A stretch of 64,000 nt of DNA from Octopus vulgaris (GCA_951406725.2 OX597816.1:90830001-90894000), one strand, 5' to 3'. Shown: positions 1 through 16,460, counted from the first letter of the stretch. Translations and numbers: made by a program. Notes: a model not told the origin generated them from the sequence alone.

Positions 1-724
1 ATCCTGTTGATATTTGGAATGCTAAATACTTTTGCAATCTTAGTCAGAATATTTAACGAATGTTCACTAGAAACTTAAAGTGATTGGAAATCAGTAAGAA
101 TGGTTGTTACGGTCAGTACTAATAAAAGACATTAATAATTGTTATGATTTATATTCGAAGAAGAACAAACATTGAGAGAGTTGTTGCTTGAGTGATGTTT
201 GAGGTGATAAATGAAGAGAGTGGCTGTTTATGATTGTTCTTTGAAGAAAAGACAAATGTATATGATCTCTTAGAGTTCATCAGAGTTCTTCTTAAGCATC
301 ATTGTTGATCAAGAGATACCTGTTGACAGTACCAATAAACACTCAGTAGTGACGATGATGATGATGATGATGATGATGTTGGTTGTGGATTTTGACATAG
401 GCATGGACCACAAATGATGCAGGGAACCAAATCGACCTCATGAGTCAGTTGGTGTATATTCTATTCAGCTCAGTTGAGCACTGGAGTCGATATTATCGAT
501 TTATCCCCTTCCCCCGAAATTGCTAGCCTTGTGCAAAAACTTGAAACCAATATTTATTAACATTTTTAGTCGAATAAATAGAAATCAGTGTACCAGTCAT
601 TCTATATTTGACCAACTCTTGAGTGATGAAAAGGTAAGGATGAAGTCAAGGAATCTAAAATCCGATGTAGGGGGATGAGTTTAAATATAGTGACTTCTGT
701 TTTTGCCGCTCAATTCATATCAAT

Positions 725-793
<69 letters not shown>

Positions 794-807
794 GTAATAA
801 TAATAAT

Positions 808-1340
808 CCATTCTAGTGGATCTCAAATTTGGGTGAAGGGAATAAGTCGATTACATCGACTCCAGTACGCAACTGGCACTTAATTTATCGATCCCGAAAG
901 GATGAAAGGCAAAGTTGACTTCAGCAGAATTTGAACTCAGAACGTAAAGACAGACGAAATACCCATTTCTTTACTGCCCACAAGGGGCTACACACTGAGG
1001 GGACGAACAAGGACAGACAAACGGATTAAGTCGATTATATCGACCCCAGTGCGTAACTGGTACTTATTTAATCGACCCCGAAAGGATGAAAAGCAGAACG
1101 TAGCGGCAGACGAAATACCTATTTCTTTATTCCCCACAAGGGGATAAACACAGGGGGAACAAACAAGGACAGATAAATGGATTAAGTCGATTACATCGAC
1201 CCCAGTCCGTAACTGGTACTTAATTTACCGACCCCGAAAGGATGAAAGGCAAATTCGACCTCGGCGGAATTTGAACGACAGACGAAATACGGCTACGCAT
1301 TTCGCCCGGCGTGCTAACGTTTCTGCCAGCTCGCCGCCTT
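808..1340 (-). mobile_element. tRNA-derived SINE family A, nested/tandem trimer between (AAT)n tracts
   Basis: The minus strand reads AAGGCGGCGAGCTGGCAGAAACGTTAGCAC (A-box-like head), TTCAAATTCC (B-box-like) and three versions of the central block GCCTTTCATCCTTTCGGGGTCGATAAATTAAGTACCAG. The same block recurs many times in the window. Confidence 0.85.
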
Positions 1341-1529
1341 AATAATAATAATGATAATAATAATCTCACAGAAATAATAATCTGCAAATCTCACAGAAAA
1401 TCACGGTTTCCCTGACTACTTAGGCAAGGGCTTCCTCTCTCTCTTACTCTACTCAGAAGCGCATGCTCAGAGCGGGCCGGTTCACATGAATCCTGCTCGC
1501 CACTCTTATCCACCTTTCAATAAATATAT

Positions 1530-1851
1530 TGATCACGAGCAGAAGTAGTGGGAGAGCATCATAGCCATGTGTTGAAAGGAATTCTTTGGAGTTTAGATAA
1601 TTCACCTTTGGAAAGATGGGCGTTTCGTTCAACATCCTTAAACAACCCTTATTCAGGGACCTTTTGAATGGAATGGGCTTTTCGACCTGAAGAGAATTCT
1701 AACTGGGCCCCACCTACAATGCGATGCGCTGTTATTTCGCGCATATATGGTTGTAATGCATGTGCCTGGTGTAACCTTAACTGATGGGTATACTGGGCTT
1801 CGTATGTTTTACCCCAGTGTCACTTTGATGGCATGCACTGCTCTCTCACTC
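1530..1851 (+). mobile_element. 5'-truncated copy of an (AAT)n-tailed retroposon, probably a LINE 3' UTR or a non-autonomous derivative
   Basis: Aligns with about 2107-2460 (GATCACGAGCAGAAGTAGTGGG...CTGCTCTCTCACTC) and ends in (AAT)n. Confidence 0.7.
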
Positions 1852-1904
<53 letters not shown>

Positions 1905-2460
1905 GTGCCCTGATGCAGTACCAGGCAGTGGCTCTCATGGCTTCTGATCTTAACTGATTGGAAGTGTTATCATGTACATTGTTTTGTCTTGGTATAAAAG
2001 ATGGGCTACAGCAAATATTCTGCTCAATACCACAGATTTGCTTGTCAGTTGTTTGACATTAACCAGTTTAGCATGTCCCTTAGTGGCTGACGATATGTGC
2101 ATCTCTGATCACGAGCAGAAGTAGTGGGGGAGCATCATAGCCATGTGTTGAGAGGGATTCTTTGGGGTTTGAATAGTTCACCTCTGGAAACATGGGTGGT
2201 TCTTTCAACATCCTTAAACAATCCTTATTCAGGGACCGTTTGAGCGGGATGGGCTACTCAACCTGAAGAAAATTCTAACTGGGCCCCAGCTGCAATGTCA
2301 TGTGCTGTTTATCTTGATATGAGATCACCATGTCGCGCACATATGGTTGTGATGCATGTGCCTGGTGTACCTTTATCAGACGGGTAGTCACGATGGGTAT
2401 ATTGGGCTTCGTATATTTTACCCCAGTGTCACTTTGATGGCATGAACTGCTCTCTCACTC
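1905..2460 (+). mobile_element. Longer copy of the same (AAT)n-embedded retroposon
   Basis: Flanked on both sides by (AAT)n. It shares its 3' end with the upstream copy and has no convincing ORF. Confidence 0.7.
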
Positions 2461-2516
<56 letters not shown>

Positions 2517-2579
2517 AAAAGTCGCCACGATAGGGTAGGACAGTATTTACATTTGAAAATATGTAAACACTGCAAAATC

Positions 2580-3156
2580 AACACTCCTGCTTACTTGTAT
2601 GAACATCATCCTGAACCAGTCGTTGAACTTGGAATTTTCCAGTCAATACCGACAGAACAATCCAGGTTAATCGACCAGACATGGTCCTTAAAATCAGGGA
2701 AGAAAATACTTGTAAACTAATAAATGTAAGTGCTCCCACCGAAAAAAATATATCTGTTGAGGAATTTGACAAATTAAGTAAATATATGGACCTGGAAATT
2801 GAAATACAAAAGCTGTGGCATCTTAAAACCAGAACTGTTCCTGTTATTGTGGGTGCACTTAGTATGATAAGAAAGAGATGTCAAAAGCATCTAGATAATA
2901 TACCATGAGAACCATGTCTCACAGAAATCCAAAAGATTGTGTTGACAAGTACTGTCCTCATCCTTAGAAAAACCCTATCCATTTGAATGTCTGTGTTGTA
3001 TTACATGAAGATATTTCGCTACTGCTCCTGCCACTTCTCTCTCCTCTCTCCTCCCCAAGCTTTCAGTCATACTCTAACATCTCTTATTCTTCACCTGTCC
3101 TAGGACGCTGAGTGTTTCTCGGCAAGAGATTGTAACAAACATGAAGATTAAAAGTA
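2580..3156 (+). mobile_element. R4/Dong-type non-LTR retrotransposon 3' end (restriction-like endonuclease relic plus 3' UTR)
   Basis: Translation WNFPVNTDRTIQVNRPDMVL...KLSKYMDLEIEIQKLWHLKTRTVPVIVGALSMI...*EPCLTEIQKIVLTSTVLILRKTLSI* has the RLE motifs (RPD, K..KY, PVIVGALG-like). One internal stop at 2906-2908. Followed by (AAT)n, the known Dong target. Confidence 0.88.
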
Positions 3157-3215
<59 letters not shown>

Positions 3216-3239
3216 TAACAATAATAAATAATTAATAGA

Positions 3240-3615
3240 AGGAATATATCCACAGTCATAACAATGCAACAGTGTATCTGCACTAGAAAATACGCAGGAG
3301 TTGCAAGATACGCAGGAGTTGCAAGTCTGAAAAGTCACTGACAAATTGACCAGTTACAAAAGCCTAAAGACCAAAATCAGAAGGATGTCAGATATGAAGT
3401 CTGAAACAATACCAGTACATTTCAGAACTCTAGGACAAATGAAAAAAGGCATGGAAATTTTCATCAACTTATGCGAACATTATGCTCCCAAACACCGTTC
3501 TACTGGATATATACGATATACTACTGTCATTCGAGAAACATGTTTCCTATAGCACTCCAAGGCCTTGCTTGGACTCGGTTCCAGAACAGGTAAACTAAGA
3601 ACAAAAGGAATAATA
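3240..3615 (+). mobile_element. Second, more decayed R4/Dong-like RLE fragment
   Basis: ORF 3346-3552 (SYKSLKTKIRRMSDMKSETIPVHFRTLGQMKKG) parallels KYxDLxxEIxRMWxxKTETIPVIVGALGxIKK. It directly follows an (AAT)n tract. Confidence 0.6.
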
Positions 3616-4220
3616 TTGGTAACTCTCTTTAGTAAAGGGATAAAGTCAGCTACATCATAACCCGTATTCAACTAGTGATATATTTTATCGACCTCGGAGA
3701 ATGAAAAGCCAAAGTAACTTCAAGGGATTTGAACTCAATATATAAAGAGTTGTAACGTTCTGTCTAGTTATAAAAATTCTACCAATGTTCTGCCATGCTA
3801 AATACTATAATAGTTTCTAATACATGCACAGGAACAGAAGTTTGGAAGGAGTATGCTACACGATTAAATCTGCTCCAATACTTGACTGGTAACTTATTTC
3901 ATTGATACCATACAGATAAAATGCACAGTTGATCTCGGCGAGATTTGAAATCAAAACGTAGAGTGAGAAGAAAGAATGCAAGATATTTTATTCAACGCCT
4001 TAACACTTCAGTCAATCCATTGTCCCCAAATAACCATTTCTGTTATGGTTACAGGAGGTAAAATTTAGGGTAATGAGTGGGTTAGTGACTTACATTGAAT
4101 CCAATATTCGTCAGGTACTTTAATTATCGACTTCGGAAAGATAAGACGCAAAGTTAATACCAGCAAGATTAGAAGTCAGATCGTAAAATGACGTAATCAA
4201 AGCTAGTTCTAACAATAATA

Positions 4221-4425
4221 ATGGTTTCAGATTTTGGTACAAGGACAAGTTCAGGGAGGGGTAAGTTGATTACATTGATCCCATGCTCAACTGGTACTTA
4301 TTTTGTCGACCCCAAAAGAATGAAAGGCAAAGTCGACCTCGGAGGAATTCGAACTCAGAACGTAAAGACGGACGAAATGCTGCTAAGCATTTTGCTCGTC
4401 GGATAACGATTCTACCAGCTCGCCA
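4221..4425 (-). mobile_element. SINE family A copy
   Basis: GAAAGGCAAAGTCGACCTCGGAGGAATTCGAACTCAGAACGTAAAGACGGACG...CCAGCTCGCC is the reverse complement of the family A head and core. Confidence 0.8.
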
Positions 4426-6589
4426 TTGTCAGCTCTAACAAATTTCAATATATTTGATATGATATTACTAATCAATAAATGTATATTTTTAACTGATCAG
4501 GGTGATCGTTACCGGAAGTTGGAGCGCCCGCCTCCTAGGTTTTTGCAGTATTTAGTTCCCATCCTATATGTTCCCAGTTCAATTTCAGCTATCAATTCCG
4601 ATAAAATAAGTTCCAGGCAAATACTTTGATAGCTGTGATCAACTGTAACACCGAATCTCTTTCATTCGAAATTTCTGGTTGTATTTATCTTAGAAACCAA
4701 TATTTTCAATTGTACAGCAAGCCAGTAGAATATGATGTAAAATCTCAGCGACATAGGACCGCGTCGCAGCTTTCATTTCAAAGCTGAAGTCATTTTGCTC
4801 CATTTACGCTAGTAATGTTTTTGAAGTGGTCATGAATGTATTATGTTTCACATAACACAATAATTTTCTATCTTGTTAAAATAAACCAATATTTGTTGCT
4901 CGATCCAGTTCTGTTCAACATACCATGAATATATCTATAAAGCTGTCAGTAAAGAAACGTAAATAGATAAACATAATGTAGTAAGTATAATGTACGAAGA
5001 AATCATTGTGAGGAATAGACTATTAAAGTATCGATGGCTTTTAGATGATGTTATACATGAGTGCACACGATGAATAATGAAACTGCTCTATATATTCCTA
5101 TCAGCTAAATATATGTAGTATATACGATATTATATTGATATCGCCGTTAATCGATACAGCTGCATTGCTTTTTAATATATGTAGTCTATACTCTTGTACT
5201 TTATATGTTAGATATTAATATCACATTAATGTGTTTCTATCAGTTATTGGTAATCATTTCTGTTATTTAGTTAAGAATTCAGGAAAACTATGCTAAAGGG
5301 GTCATTACTAATGAGAGTAGAAAAATAATATATTTTTACACAATAAAATAAAAGCCTTTCAAGAGAGCATGTTTAATATGATAATATATCATAGAACTGA
5401 AGCTAATTGTATCAAACCTGTCCAGAGGAATTTTTAAGTTGCATTCAACAAGTTTGAAATCGAAATCACTGCATATCTACCATTATGCAAATATCACATA
5501 CATCCAAAGCGCACTCATACGTATATGTTAATCACTTGATGGGTACTTACAAACATACAAACACATAAAGACATATATACATACATATACATTGCATACA
5601 CGCACGCACACATAATCATGTATTGAGTTCCAATTATCCCGTTTTTGTCACCTTCTGACACCGACATACACCCATACATACATACTTACGCACTTATGTA
5701 TGTATGCACGCATACATATGTACGTACGTATGTATGTATGTATGCAAGCATACATATGTACGTACGTATGTGTGTATATATGTGCATGGGTTTGCATATT
5801 GCGTAAAAATCATACATAAAGACAATGAACATCAACTGAATGAACAATCATTTAAGTAGAGTAATAATTTTTGGGGTTTTGAAACATTCCTTGTATACAC
5901 ACACACACACACACATACCTATATATACATAAATATGTGTCTGTGTAAGTCTGTGTGCGTGCCTGTGTGTATGCTGTGTGTGCATACGAACGCGCAGGCA
6001 CACACATGTATAAAATATGCCGTCAGTGTCGACGACATAAAATCCAATTTTTCTATCAACTGAACTGCTTACTTATTGTATTATAATGTAAGTGGTTAAG
6101 TATCGTAGAGACACGTGTATGCTTAATGTAATTTTGAGGCTGAACCAGTGACAGCGTGTGGCAAAGTCGATCCTTTCAATTGCAGGTACAAACAAATTAC
6201 AGTATAGGGCCAAACTGTTGTGAGACACCCAGATATAACATCACATCTGATTCAACTGAGTATTGTCAAAAATAATGCAAATATCAGTAGCGATGAATAG
6301 TGCTCTTAATACTGTATCCTAATTCACCAGGTCTACTAACTATTATATATGTATATGGGATATGTGATAACATATCTAAGTTATGTAAATGTTTGTAGTC
6401 AAAATTTTCCCAATATCATTTTCAAGTTAAACTATTACAACCGTGCGTAATTCGTACGTTTTCCCGTAAGTCGCAAAGTATCTTAGAAATAATTTTATAA
6501 TTGATTAAATCGTCAACGTCTGCTTTAAAATTATATGAAGGAAAAATTTGGTAGATGACATGATATGAACGGTTGCAACCTAAATGAAC

Positions 6590-7100
6590 TTTGTATCTTT
6601 GGGAAGAACTAATTTTGGAAAGAGATGAATGGAGGAAGCGTGTAAAGGATGGTTGTAAAACTTTTGAAGAGAGTCGCTTTGAGCCCGAAGGCCGAAATTG
6701 TTGACTTCGGAGGAGCTGTTATCAGAACGTTAATGAAAACATAAAATGCTGGAGGTGTGAAAGCGTGGCTGTGTACTCCTTTCTCAGACAGCGTATGTTA
6801 ACCATCTGAAGTTCCATGGAAGATCAACTGTATGCAACGTCCTTCCCTCTAGGCCCGATGATTCGACTTATGTAAAAGGGATTGAAGAAGCATATGGTGG
6901 TTCACAGTTATCATGTCTCACAGAGGCATCCGATCAATCTAATGGAAGTTACAAATTTCGTCTGTCACCTAGGCTTCAAGCTATGCAGTAAGCAGCGAGC
7001 CTGAATAGGCATCTGAGAGGTCATAGACGGAATGTCAGAAATGCCATTGACAATAAGGAAGTTCAGACAGACGGCAACCATTTATGAAGATGGTGCAATC
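6590..7100 (+). mobile_element. RTE-clade LINE 3' remnant with decayed C2H2-like fingers
   Basis: LWEELILERDEWRKRVKDGCKTFEESR matches the RTE/BovB C-terminal motif WE..A.DR..WR..V..G...FE..R. Frameshifted His-ending finger remnants follow (YVNHLKFH, LKKHMVVH, LNRHLRGH). Ends at a (CA)/(TA) tract. Confidence 0.65.
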
Positions 7101-7108
7101 ACACACAC

Positions 7109-7140
<32 letters not shown>

Positions 7141-7479
7141 TATACATACTTGCACACACACACATACATGCGCGCACACATATATATACACACACATTTA
7201 TACATATAAGTACAGGTATACAGCTAGATAGATAGGTAGCTAGCTAGTTGTATGAATACAATGAAGACGCAACTCCATCGATGCTAAGTCTAATTCATTA
7301 AAAACTTTCCATATTTCTCTATGAATATTTTTGTTTAGTTTTGAAGAATATTGATACTAAATCTATTAATGTTTCAAAGATTTCCTGACATCATCTTCTG
7401 AATATGTTTGAAATAAAAGTTGTCATCTACATAGACTCATATATGGATACAAACAAACAAACAAATATACAAACATACA

Positions 7480-10257
<2,778 letters not shown>

Positions 10258-10834
10258 TGCAATATATCGACGTTGGTATCTTCGAGTTCGGGCGTGCAAC
10301 ACTGGACCGTCAGTTAAAGCAAGCATAACCAGATATAAATAATGTATTTTCTATTATTGTTTAAACATTAATGTCAAATGCAGATACAGTAGTCAGAATA
10401 AAAAGTTGTCATATAGTTCTCGTTTCGATCCCACTTAATGCAAAAAATTTTTGTCATAATCTTCTGTTCCCTCATAGATTTTAGATGAGAAAAAGTATTT
10501 GTACGCCTGTCCAGTAGAATTTACATGAAATTTAAACTGGCAAACATGTCGTGCGCTATCTTACATTGAGTAGGCCTTAATAGTGTTTAAATTCTCCACT
10601 TTCACCACACAAATAAGTGCTTACGTTTATCAGTTGATCGAAATAAATCATCGTTGAAATCGGTGGAGGACCGTTCACATAAACGCATATCCATATATAT
10701 TGATGCATATATGTGCATACACACAGATACACACATACATACACACACATATACGTGTATGTATGTGCGCGTGCATGTACGTATAAATATGGTAATAAAA
10801 ATTTACAGATAAAAGAACAGTAATTATTTGCATT

Positions 10835-10915
10835 AGCTTAAAGCCGTTTCTGCTATAAGGAAACGTGCATCACATGTGAAGTGCTAGTGCGACAACTCAT
10901 AACTCCTTCGGAACC
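10835..10915 (-). ncRNA. Decayed type I hammerhead ribozyme motif
   Basis: Minus strand: GGTT-CCGAAGG-A-GTTATGAG...CTTATAGC-A-GAAA-CGGCTT-TA-AGCT. Stem I (4 bp) and stem II (8 bp) pair with G-U. The core and stem III each differ at two positions from CUGAAGA and ACAGCUGU. Confidence 0.5.
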
Positions 10916-10961
10916 ATTTTAAAGAATACTAATACTGTGGAATGCGCACGCGTGTATGAAC

Positions 10962-11001
<40 letters not shown>

Positions 11002-11956
11002 ATTAGGGAAATTCAGTACCTTTCAGTTTAATGTTTTTCTTTAAAGATATAACTTGACATAAAAACAAACATTAATACATGTGTGTGTGTGTGTGTGTGT
11101 GTTTGAAAAGTGAATATGGTTATATCATATTTGAAGCTGCTACTTCACAAATTGCTGCTGTAAGTTTCTCACTCCGATTTTTGGACGATAACGGGTTGCT
11201 GAAACTTTTCATGCGTATACTCACTCACTCCACCGACACTTTGATTACTATTGCACGTGTATAAAAGAAATCAGCAATACACTGGCGTACATATAAAGTC
11301 CAGATGCAAACAGAATAAACCTGTTGCAGATTACAGCATTAGAAAACACTACAGCTGTGGTGCGGAAACACTGACAGGCGAATCAATCAATTAATTAGTT
11401 AAGAATAAAAGAAAACGAGAATTCCAACTGGCGCGTTGGCTTGTATTGGCTGAATGACTTCTTTAATACACACACACACACACACACACACATACACACA
11501 CACAGAGTGTAAGTCATTCTTACAGACATACACATACATTCATTCATTCATACAAACACACATATCTGTTTGTATACATACATAAACACACACATACACA
11601 TCTTTAAACCCTTCCCCTGGAGGTCTTTAAAGACGGTCATGTGTTCCAAGCTTCCTACGCCGATAAATAATATATTCCTATACATACTCATATAGTTCTA
11701 TATAACATGACATTCAACTATATCAATATATACATACATTCACTATGTGTATGTGTGTTTACGTATGTTTGTGTGTGTGTGTATAGGTTAGATGAGTTAG
11801 AGGTTAAAATAACCGTCTCAGGGATAGAAGTAGCCATTATACTACCGGTATGTTACCTATATTTAACCATGGGCATACATACGCAAACATATTATATTCA
11901 TAAGTTATAGGTAAAGACAAGGATAAACATGGGTTTATCAAGAATCGAAATTTAAA

Positions 11957-12449
11957 ATTTAAAGAAATCGGAAAATGGAAAAGTATTAATGAACCACAAT
12001 TGACTTCCATCAATCATTATTTATTAAATCAATGCAAATAGACTGCATCCCATCTAACAGCTGTTTCTGCTTCCAATGTTGTATGGTATTGCCACTGATA
12101 TGCAAAAATATGCAAATATATGTAAAAATATTAGTCATATTTGGTAAGAAAACCGATTTGAAACAAGGAACTTAATAAAACCGAAACAAGGAGGCTCATC
12201 CCTTTTTCTTCTGTATGCTCTTCTTTATCTATTTTTCACTCTGATGAAGCTTCTTGTTTCAGATCGGTTTTATTACCAAATATGATTAATACTTTTACGT
12301 ACTTTTGCATATCAATGGCAATACCATACAACATTGGAAGCAGAAACAACTGTTAGATGGGATGCAGTCTATTTGCATTGATTTAATAAATAATAATTGA
12401 TGTAAGTCAATTGTTGTTCATCAGTACCTCTCCATTTTCTGTTTTCTTT

Positions 12450-12454
<5 letters not shown>
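11957..12454. mobile_element. Fold-back element with imperfect inverted arms of about 215 bp, carrying a hammerhead motif; probably PLE-derived
   Basis: About 11957-12172 is the reverse complement of about 12245-12454 (e.g. AAATCAATGCAAATAGACTGCATCCCATCTAACAG vs CTGTTAGATGGGATGCAGTCTATTTGCATTGATTT). The right end abuts (TA)n. Confidence 0.85.
12237..12358 (+). ncRNA. Type I hammerhead motif with a long loop II
   Basis: CTGATGA (12241-12247), stem II GCTTC...GAAGC, GAAA (12343-12346), CAACTG (palindromic CAGCTG in the other arm), GUU site. Stem I is weak. Confidence 0.6.
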
Positions 12455-12539
<85 letters not shown>

Positions 12540-12727
12540 CTTTTATCACGCTGGGGCACTGCCTTGAAGAACCCTAACCCCCACTACTTACTTTTTAAAG
12601 CCTGGTACTTCTATTGGTCTGTTTTGCCAACATGCTAAGTTACACGGGCATAAAGACACCAACCCCGACTCTCAAGTGATAGTGGGAACAGAAACAAAGG
12701 CGCAAACACGCACGCACGCACACACAC

Positions 12728-12806
<79 letters not shown>

Positions 12807-12960
12807 TGACGCACTTTCAGTTTCCGGCTACCAAATCCACTCACAAGTCTTTGGTCAGTCCGATGTTATAGTAGAAAACTCTTGCCCACGCAATGGGACT
12901 GAACCCAGAACCATCTGGTCGGAAAGCAAACTTTTTACCACACAGCTAGTACGCCTGTGC
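12540..12960 (-). mobile_element. tRNA-derived SINE family B with internal (CA)n
   Basis: TTTCAGTTTCCGGCTACCAAATCCACTCACAAG...GGGACTGAACCCAGAACCAT...ACCACACAGC matches the other family B copies in the window. Confidence 0.8.
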
Positions 12961-12980
12961 CTACCCCCCCACACACAAAT

Positions 12981-13041
<61 letters not shown>

Positions 13042-13329
13042 TATAAACGCACCACACATTGATAGTCGCATATACACACCACACATTGATAGTCGCATAA
13101 ACACACAAGCAAACACTTAAAAATATGTAGAATCATATATATGTAAACTTGCATATCATTTGCCTCGTATCATGTCTCAAGAACATATAAATATTTAGCA
13201 GGTCATACCCCGTATGATTTAAGATACTTTCAATGTTAAAGGTAACACTTATAATTACCATTAGGTGTAGAAATACCAAATATTTTCTGAGAGGCATTGA
13301 CCTTGCAGGATTCTAAGCTCGGTATTACA

Positions 13330-13900
13330 TTGTCGTCATATATTAGTTTTCAGTCATATACTTCTAAGTCATAAGTAATTTTGTGTAAGTAATATTTTAC
13401 AAACTGTCCTATATTACTATCTTAGTGAAATATTTCTCAATCATATATTATTCGTATCAAAATGATATATCTTAACGTCATAAGATTCTGTTTAAGTAAT
13501 CTATTATAACGTCATGTATCGTAGTCTAAGACATATCGCTGTCTGAGTCATATATTACTAATATACATCTCTGATAGGAATATAAGACTTTTATACTCAT
13601 TTATGCGTACATCAGTCATATCCTATTTTAAATCCTGTTTAAACTGATTCATATATTCCTATTATTATACAAGTCATACATTACTAGGTCGTATATCATT
13701 TTCTAAGTCCTACATGACTCTAAAGTCATAACTCAATATCTTTGTCATATGATACTCTCTCAGTCATAAATTAATATTTCAATCATATATTAATACCTCA
13801 TTTATGCAATATCAAGTCCTATAATTTTATGTGTCTATAACGTAATCGCTGAGTTATAAGTTACTATCTGGGTTGGTCATATATAACTGTCTGAAACAAT
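13330..13900. repeat. Highly degenerate minisatellite, unit about 16-20 bp (roughly AGTCATATATTACTATCT)
   Basis: GTCATA, ATCATA, GTCCTA and GTAATA variants recur at roughly regular spacing over about 570 bp. Confidence 0.65.
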
Positions 13901-14443
13901 ATCCAATGGAGCTGGTGGTTGTCTGTACTGGCAAAACGTGTATTTATTGGTATAGGATTTGTAAGCACTCAAGTTGGTATTCTACTGTTGTGCGAAGAGC
14001 TTCCCACGTTTCGGACAAAGTACTTTACGGAGAATGTAAAAATTTTACTTTGACCTTACTCTACGAGAGATTGGATTTAGTAGAGAATGACAGGATATGG
14101 CAGAGTGTAGTAGTTGCACAGTTGCGCATGTGTGGGCCAAATGTGTGTGTGTGTGGGGGACAGAGTGGAGAATTTTGGAACAAATGAGAGAGAGAGGAAG
14201 GAGAAAGGGAGGGAGGGAGAGAGAAAGACTAAGAGTGATAGGAAAGGGATGGTAAAGTTGGAAGGAATGGTCAGTAAAAAGCAAGCGGAATGGGGATTTT
14301 CTTTGTTAGTAATTTCAGTAATTTTCACGCGAGGCTCCTCAACTGTATTACACTCACACACATGCGTGCGCACCTGTATACATAGGATCCATTAAAATCA
14401 AAGCTGTTCGCTTGTAGAGTTTACCCAGGAACACACACATACA

Positions 14444-14480
<37 letters not shown>

Positions 14481-15875
14481 GCATAAATGCTTGCGCATTC
14501 AGATCGTAGAAGTGCAGATACAAATATATACTTGCTGTCAAACATTGAGAGAGTGGAGCCTGTGCTCTCGGGCACGCTCTGTTTCAACAACAAAGAGCAG
14601 AGTTAGCATGTGATGTATTATATGATGTTCGTGGACGGGAACATCATCGTTGCTCGGTATTGAATTTAGATCGGTGTAGTTTCAGCGTTAGTGATGTAGG
14701 CACATTTATTGTTCCTACAGTGAGCAAACTTGAAATTACCGGTTTGGGTATGACTGAGGGATCGAGAGATTCTAAGCAAAAGCTTGAAGAAATTCTTATC
14801 GCTTGTGGAAGAGAGGAAAGGTGGTGTGCCAAAGCTTGGAGCGGTTATGCATTCAGAAAAGTTTCGGAGAAGTGTATGTTTCAATGGAAGATTGTTCGGA
14901 GGTGGAGACAAAGGAGAAAGATATACGGTCGCTGGCTTTCGCCAAGCTAAGTGCAGAATTCAGATCCGATCGAGTTCACCTTCCACTGAAGTGCAGCATT
15001 TCTTTCTTTCTTTAGTCCAAAGTCCAAATCGATGTTGTACCGTCGGCGAAATAAAAGGAATTATGAGAATACAAGGAAATATGAGAACGGAGTTGCGGGT
15101 TTGATGTATAGTGGTGAGGGTGGTAGTGGTATATCAAAGTTAAGCGTGGGAGTCTGCGAATTGGTAGTGGACGGAGGTCGATAAGCATAGGTGATCGATA
15201 GAGACGGATATATCAAGAAAGCTAATTCTATAATTGTTTAAGCAGGTTTTTATAGAGTACTGTATTTCATATACTTTACTATATGTGAATAACAACTTCC
15301 TACCAATGCGTAATATAAATATATATATATGTGTGTGTGCAAGCACACACATACAGAGATATGTGTGTGTGTGCGCGTTATGTGTGCGTGTGTGTGTGGA
15401 TACACACACACAAACTCTCACGCACACACAGATATATCCTTTCTAATATGTGCACAAAGCCTGAAATTTTGTGGGAAAGGGACTAGTCAATAACATCAAC
15501 CCTAGTGCTCAACTGGTACTAACTTCATCCATCCGAAATGTTGGAGGGGAAAGTGTGTTTATGTATACGTACACACACACACACACACACATACACATCA
15601 AGATGATCTTTCATGCCATAGTGGCAGCCATTACTAAAAGTTTCACGCCAGTTTGTTCTGTCAAGATGTAAAGAATAGAAAACTAGATGGCGGGAAACTT
15701 ACCGGCTGCAATCGTTTTAAAACCTGCTTTCATAATGTATACTTCTTCAATAATACATATTTAACAGATGTCTTTAATGCCTCCGTTGCAAGCATTCACA
15801 AGTACACTATATTAGATTGTATAATACAATATGAACTAGTATATTCTGTACTTATAGTACTATGTATACTTATAA

Positions 15876-15911
<36 letters not shown>

Positions 15912-16329
15912 ATGTATGTATGTATGTATGTATGTATGTATGTTGTATAAATATAATATATATATATGTTGTATATACTTATAATACTATATACATATGT
16001 TGTATATAGTATTATAAGTATTATAAAACATGCATGTATATGTATATATATATCTATATGTATGTATGTATGCATGTGTATGGATGTGGGTGTGTATGTG
16101 TTTCTACATCTATATATCATATATGCACGTATTTATGCGCCTCTGAATAAGTGTGAATGTTTGAGCACCCACACATGTACACACACGCACACACACACAC
16201 ACACACACACATATTTATCTATGAATGTGGGCCCATAAATATACATGCATATGCATAGATATATGTGTATACCTAACTATATTCATATATGTTATGTATG
16301 TCTGTGTTTCTACAAATACAATGTGTCTA

Positions 16330-16399
<70 letters not shown>

Positions 16400-16460
16400 A
16401 GTATATGACACTATATATGCGTATGGCACACATACGCATACATGTACACACACATACTTA

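Noticed and set aside
3290-3327. Short direct duplications (18 bp here; about 27 bp at 13049-13100)
   Set aside because: Ordinary local slippage duplications with no further structure.
13330-13900. CRISPR-like repeat-spacer appearance
   Set aside because: The units are short and degenerate without true spacers, there are no cas genes, and the context is eukaryotic.
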